DNA from: Eledone cirrhosa | Taxonomy: Eukaryota | Reading direction: 5' to 3' | Length of the DNA: 64,000 nucleotides | Assembly (NCBI GenBank): GCA_964016885.1 | Contig: OZ024744.1 | Span: 40,796,001 to 40,860,000, forward strand | Shown here: piece after piece, positions 60,733 to 64,000 of the stretch | Layout of the letters: each line of letters opens with the position of its first letter | Numbering within the stretch: the first letter of the stretch is position 1 | Program-made: the position numbers and the translations under genes | The notes under the pieces: model-generated | The model's input: only the letters and a program-made list of their open reading frames with translations | Told to the model about the DNA's origin: nothing | The model's database searches: none

Positions 60733-61337
60733 TATCATCATCATCATCATCATTTAACGTCCATCTTCAACACTTGCATGGGTTTGGATGGGATTTTTCC
60801 CACTTGAGGCAAGATTGGTTGTCTTGCTTGTATAGGACTGTCTGGCGGGTTTTCTACGGCTGGATGCCCTTCCTAACACCAACCACGTTTACAGTGTGGA
60901 CTGTGAGGTTTTTACCATGTTACCTACACGGCCACATTACAGTGTATTTTTGTTAGAAGTGCCTACTTACTGTAGGTTTCGCTTTGTACTTAGGTAAGGC
61001 AGGTCTTCTGTATTACTGTATAGCGCCAAAGATCTCGGTCCAGTGACATTGTCTTGGAGAGGTGTAAGTGTGTGAGGTCGGAATTTATCAAGTCGTCCCA
61101 GGTTTTTCTGGGTCTGCCTACTCCGTGGCTACCGTCTATTTTTATCGCCCTGCACTTTTTTATACAGCTGTCGTCTTTCACGCGCATCACGTGACCATAC
61201 CAACGTAGTCTTCTCTCGAGTAAATAACATCTGATTCCTCTTATTCCTAATTTCGCCCTTAGGTTCATTTATGCTTTGCCGTTCACGTATATTACTATTA
61301 CACATCCAACGGAGCATGCAAGCTTCGTTCCTCTCCA
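60733..61337 (-). mobile_element. 5'-truncated RTE LINE
   Basis: ORF 60990-61268 (RLRWYGHV, GRPRKTW). Confidence 0.9.
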
Positions 61338-62289
61338 ATATATATATATATATCCCACCCTTTGCAAGCAATGAAAAGTGGACGTAAAATGATAATGAAG
61401 TTTATGATGATGATGATGATAATGATTATGATGATGGTGATGGTGATAATGATGATGGTGGTGATGATGATGATATACTGATACATACATACATCTGTGA
61501 GGTGGGAAAAAGTTGAATGTGAACATGGAGAGAGAAATGACTGTGTGTGTGGCTCTGGGTGAGGGGTGAGAGAGAGAGATCTAGAGCTAAGCGGGGATAG
61601 TGTAGAAAGATGGTTGTGCAGTTTGTTAGTGATAATGACAATTAACAAGTAATACTAATCAATCTATACCAATAACTAGAGCAATTAATAGACATCACAT
61701 GACAATGTATCTCCATTTTCATTTCCCCATTGTATTGACGTGTTCATGTTTGTCAGATGGTAGGAGGTGCATGTGGCTGTGTGTGTATGGAAGGTTGTAT
61801 GTAAGTGGATATAAATATTTTTGGGTATGAATGCCTGTATACATGAGTGCATGAGTGTGTGTGTAAAGGTACATGGCTTTCTCGTTAGGATGTTTGGCTC
61901 AAAATTGTAAAGTAATGAATTCAATTCCTGGCAAGAAATTGTGTCCTTGAGCAAGACACTTTATTTTACCTTGCATATTTTCATTCATCTGTCAAAAATG
62001 AGTTGTACCTGTGATTCAAGAAAATAGATTTTTCATTCACTGTGCCACCCTGAGAAATATGTTAAGGGAGCACATGTCTGTAGGATGCTCAGTCACTCAC
62101 ATGATAATTTCATGAGCAGGCTGTTCCATTGTTATAATAACTGGAACACTTATTGGAACCAACAGACAACCAACATTCACAGACACACGGATACCCCACT
62201 CAGACAAACACACACATACTCATACACAAATACACATGTAGAAACCAAGCTCTTTTCCAACATTAGTTCTATGATAGAAGTAGAAAGAG

Positions 62290-62700
62290 CCTTACTACAG
62301 TGAAGGGAGCTAGATTTGTCAATTCCTGATGCAGAACAGGATAGATTAAAAGAGAAAGGCTTGGACAGCCTATGCTTAAGAGATTGAGAGACACTGTCAA
62401 CTCTCTCGTTGATCAATCTAATCAATACTCAATTTTCTGTGAGTGCTAAATCCTTGGGGGACAGGGTTGATGCATTGCCTGTGACCAGCTTTGGTAATCT
62501 ATTCAGTCCAAATGAGTTCGACATCTCCATTTCACTCAAAATTGGAGCTGATGTCTGTGAGAGATCTAGATATCCTTGTAGCAGGCCTCTTGACTCCACA
62601 GTACTTCTTAGATTGTTATTCTGTCTGAAGCTAGGCCACCAACAAGGTCCTTGTTGGCATTTTGCCGTACCAATGTATCAGGTAGTGCTTGTGAAGGTGA
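62290..62700 (+). mobile_element. CRE-like RLE retrotransposon fragment
   Basis: ALPVTSFGNLF..F.ISISLKIG..VC..C resembles the post-RT/Zn region of CRE-clade elements. Confidence 0.55.
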
Positions 62701-62705
62701 TTGGT

Positions 62706-62862
62706 TATTCCAGCACCTTAGTCTTACTATTCCAGCACCTTAGTCTTACTATTCCAGCACCTTAGTCTTACTATTCCAGCACCTTAGTCTTACTATTCCA
62801 GCACCTTAGTCTTACTATTCCAGCACCTTAGTCTTACTATTCCAGCACCTTAGTCTTACTAT
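62706..62862 (+). repeat. Perfect 22-bp tandem repeat x7 (tattccagcaccttagtcttac)
   Basis: Direct reading, no spacers. Confidence 0.95.
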
Positions 62863-63189
62863 CACCCATGACAATGCTGCGAGGCCTTGCCTGAAAAATT
62901 ATTTAGAGAGAAACGCCAGCACTCCTTGTTGTGGCATGTGATTCAACATGCTGGTCTTCTCTCACTTTGTTTTAAAATATAAATTGTGTTTATTTGTATG
63001 TCAAAAGCAGAACATATGTAAACATAACATGACATCGGCCTGTCTGGAAAGACAGTAACTCCAATTAAATAGGCACTTGGTCTGTGACCACCCATCCAAC
63101 AACTCATGCCAGCATGGAAAAACAAATGTTAAATGATGATGGTAGTGATCTGAACATACACATGCTTTTTCTTCTATTTCTCATTCTAT

Positions 63190-63225
63190 CTTCTGATGAA
63201 AGACTAGTCTCTGAAATGTTAAGAC
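63190..63225 (+). ncRNA. Degenerate hammerhead-like motif
   Basis: tctt-CTGATGA-aagactagtctct-GAAA-tgt-TA-aga; stem II imperfect. Confidence 0.4.
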
Positions 63226-63427
63226 TATTTTCCTACTATAGCCAATGTTAAACTAATATATATCTTCATTATACTGTATTGTTTGTTTTGTTGTCTTCTC
63301 TCTCTCTCTCTCTATGTATACATATATATAATATATACATATACACACACGCACACATATATATATATAATATATATATACATATATATATACATATATG
63401 GAGGCACATGGCTTAGTGGTTAGAGCG

Positions 63428-64000
63428 GTTAGTGGGGTGTCTACCCAAGTAGACACCCCAACCATCGATTACCTGTACTAGACACAGAGCTCTGGTTAGA
63501 TACAATTAACAACCAAAAACAAATCCTCCATTCCCATTATGCCAAACCCATGACTTCCAAACATCTGATCCACCGAAACTCGGCCATTTCGGACCATACC
63601 AAAATCAACATACTGATTGCGGATTTGGTACGGGTGATGAGAAATGTGTCCCGCATGTGCAACCCCGAAGAACTAGAGAGACACATACAACACTTCATCC
63701 ACCGTATGCAGTTCTCTGGCTACAATCAGAGAGATAGAATCAGAGTGTATAAAGGAGCCAGAACCAAATGGGAAAAAATGGTAAATAATGACATAAATGG
63801 GACCTGCCCCTTGTATAGGAGCAAATTTTGGAATAGAATAGAAAGAACTAGGAACAAGGCCAATAGAATAAACTCATGGTATGATAGCAATAAATACCAG
63901 AGTGTAATGTTCATCAATACAACCCCTAGAGGCGAACTAGCCTACAAATTTAGAAAGGCCCTAAAGAAACATAATCTCAATATTAAGATAGTAGAAAGAC
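63428..64000 (+). mobile_element. Neptune-like PLE fragment (open frame to window end) with short 5' fold-back, joined to a SINE head (63400-63427)
   Basis: PSRHPNHRLPVLDTELW..HYAKPMTSK..MQFSGYNQRDR, homologous to 31158-34790; hairpin ggggtgtctac-ccaa-gtagacacccc. Confidence 0.85.

Noticed and set aside
62706-62862. CRISPR-like array
   Set aside because: Direct tandem units with no spacers, eukaryotic context, no cas genes.

Overview
Eukaryotic, AT-rich, repeat-saturated window. The SINE families, RTE/(ATG)n tails and TA microsatellites suggest a coleoid cephalopod such as Octopus (inference). 1-30 kb is mostly a head-to-tail pile-up of R4/Dong-type RLE non-LTR retrotransposons separated by (TAA)n. 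It includes one copy with an intact 1130-aa ORF, plus L1/Tx1, Penelope-like (PLE) and hAT-like relics. 30.6-36.8 kb holds a young Neptune-like PLE with an intact 1210-aa RT+GIY-YIG ORF, direct pseudo-LTRs, an inverted segment and hammerhead motifs. 37-64 kb contains SINEs, RTE/CR1/CRE fragments, MITEs, a solo LTR and three candidate host exons on the minus strand. Two observations stand out. (1) The intact R4/Dong copy is heavily A-to-G shifted relative to its neighbours, consistent with an ADAR-hyperedited RNA written back into DNA or with an assembly/polishing artefact. (2) Several PLE-derived fold-back palindromes carry hammerhead ribozymes on both strands. Element boundaries were read by eye and are approximate.
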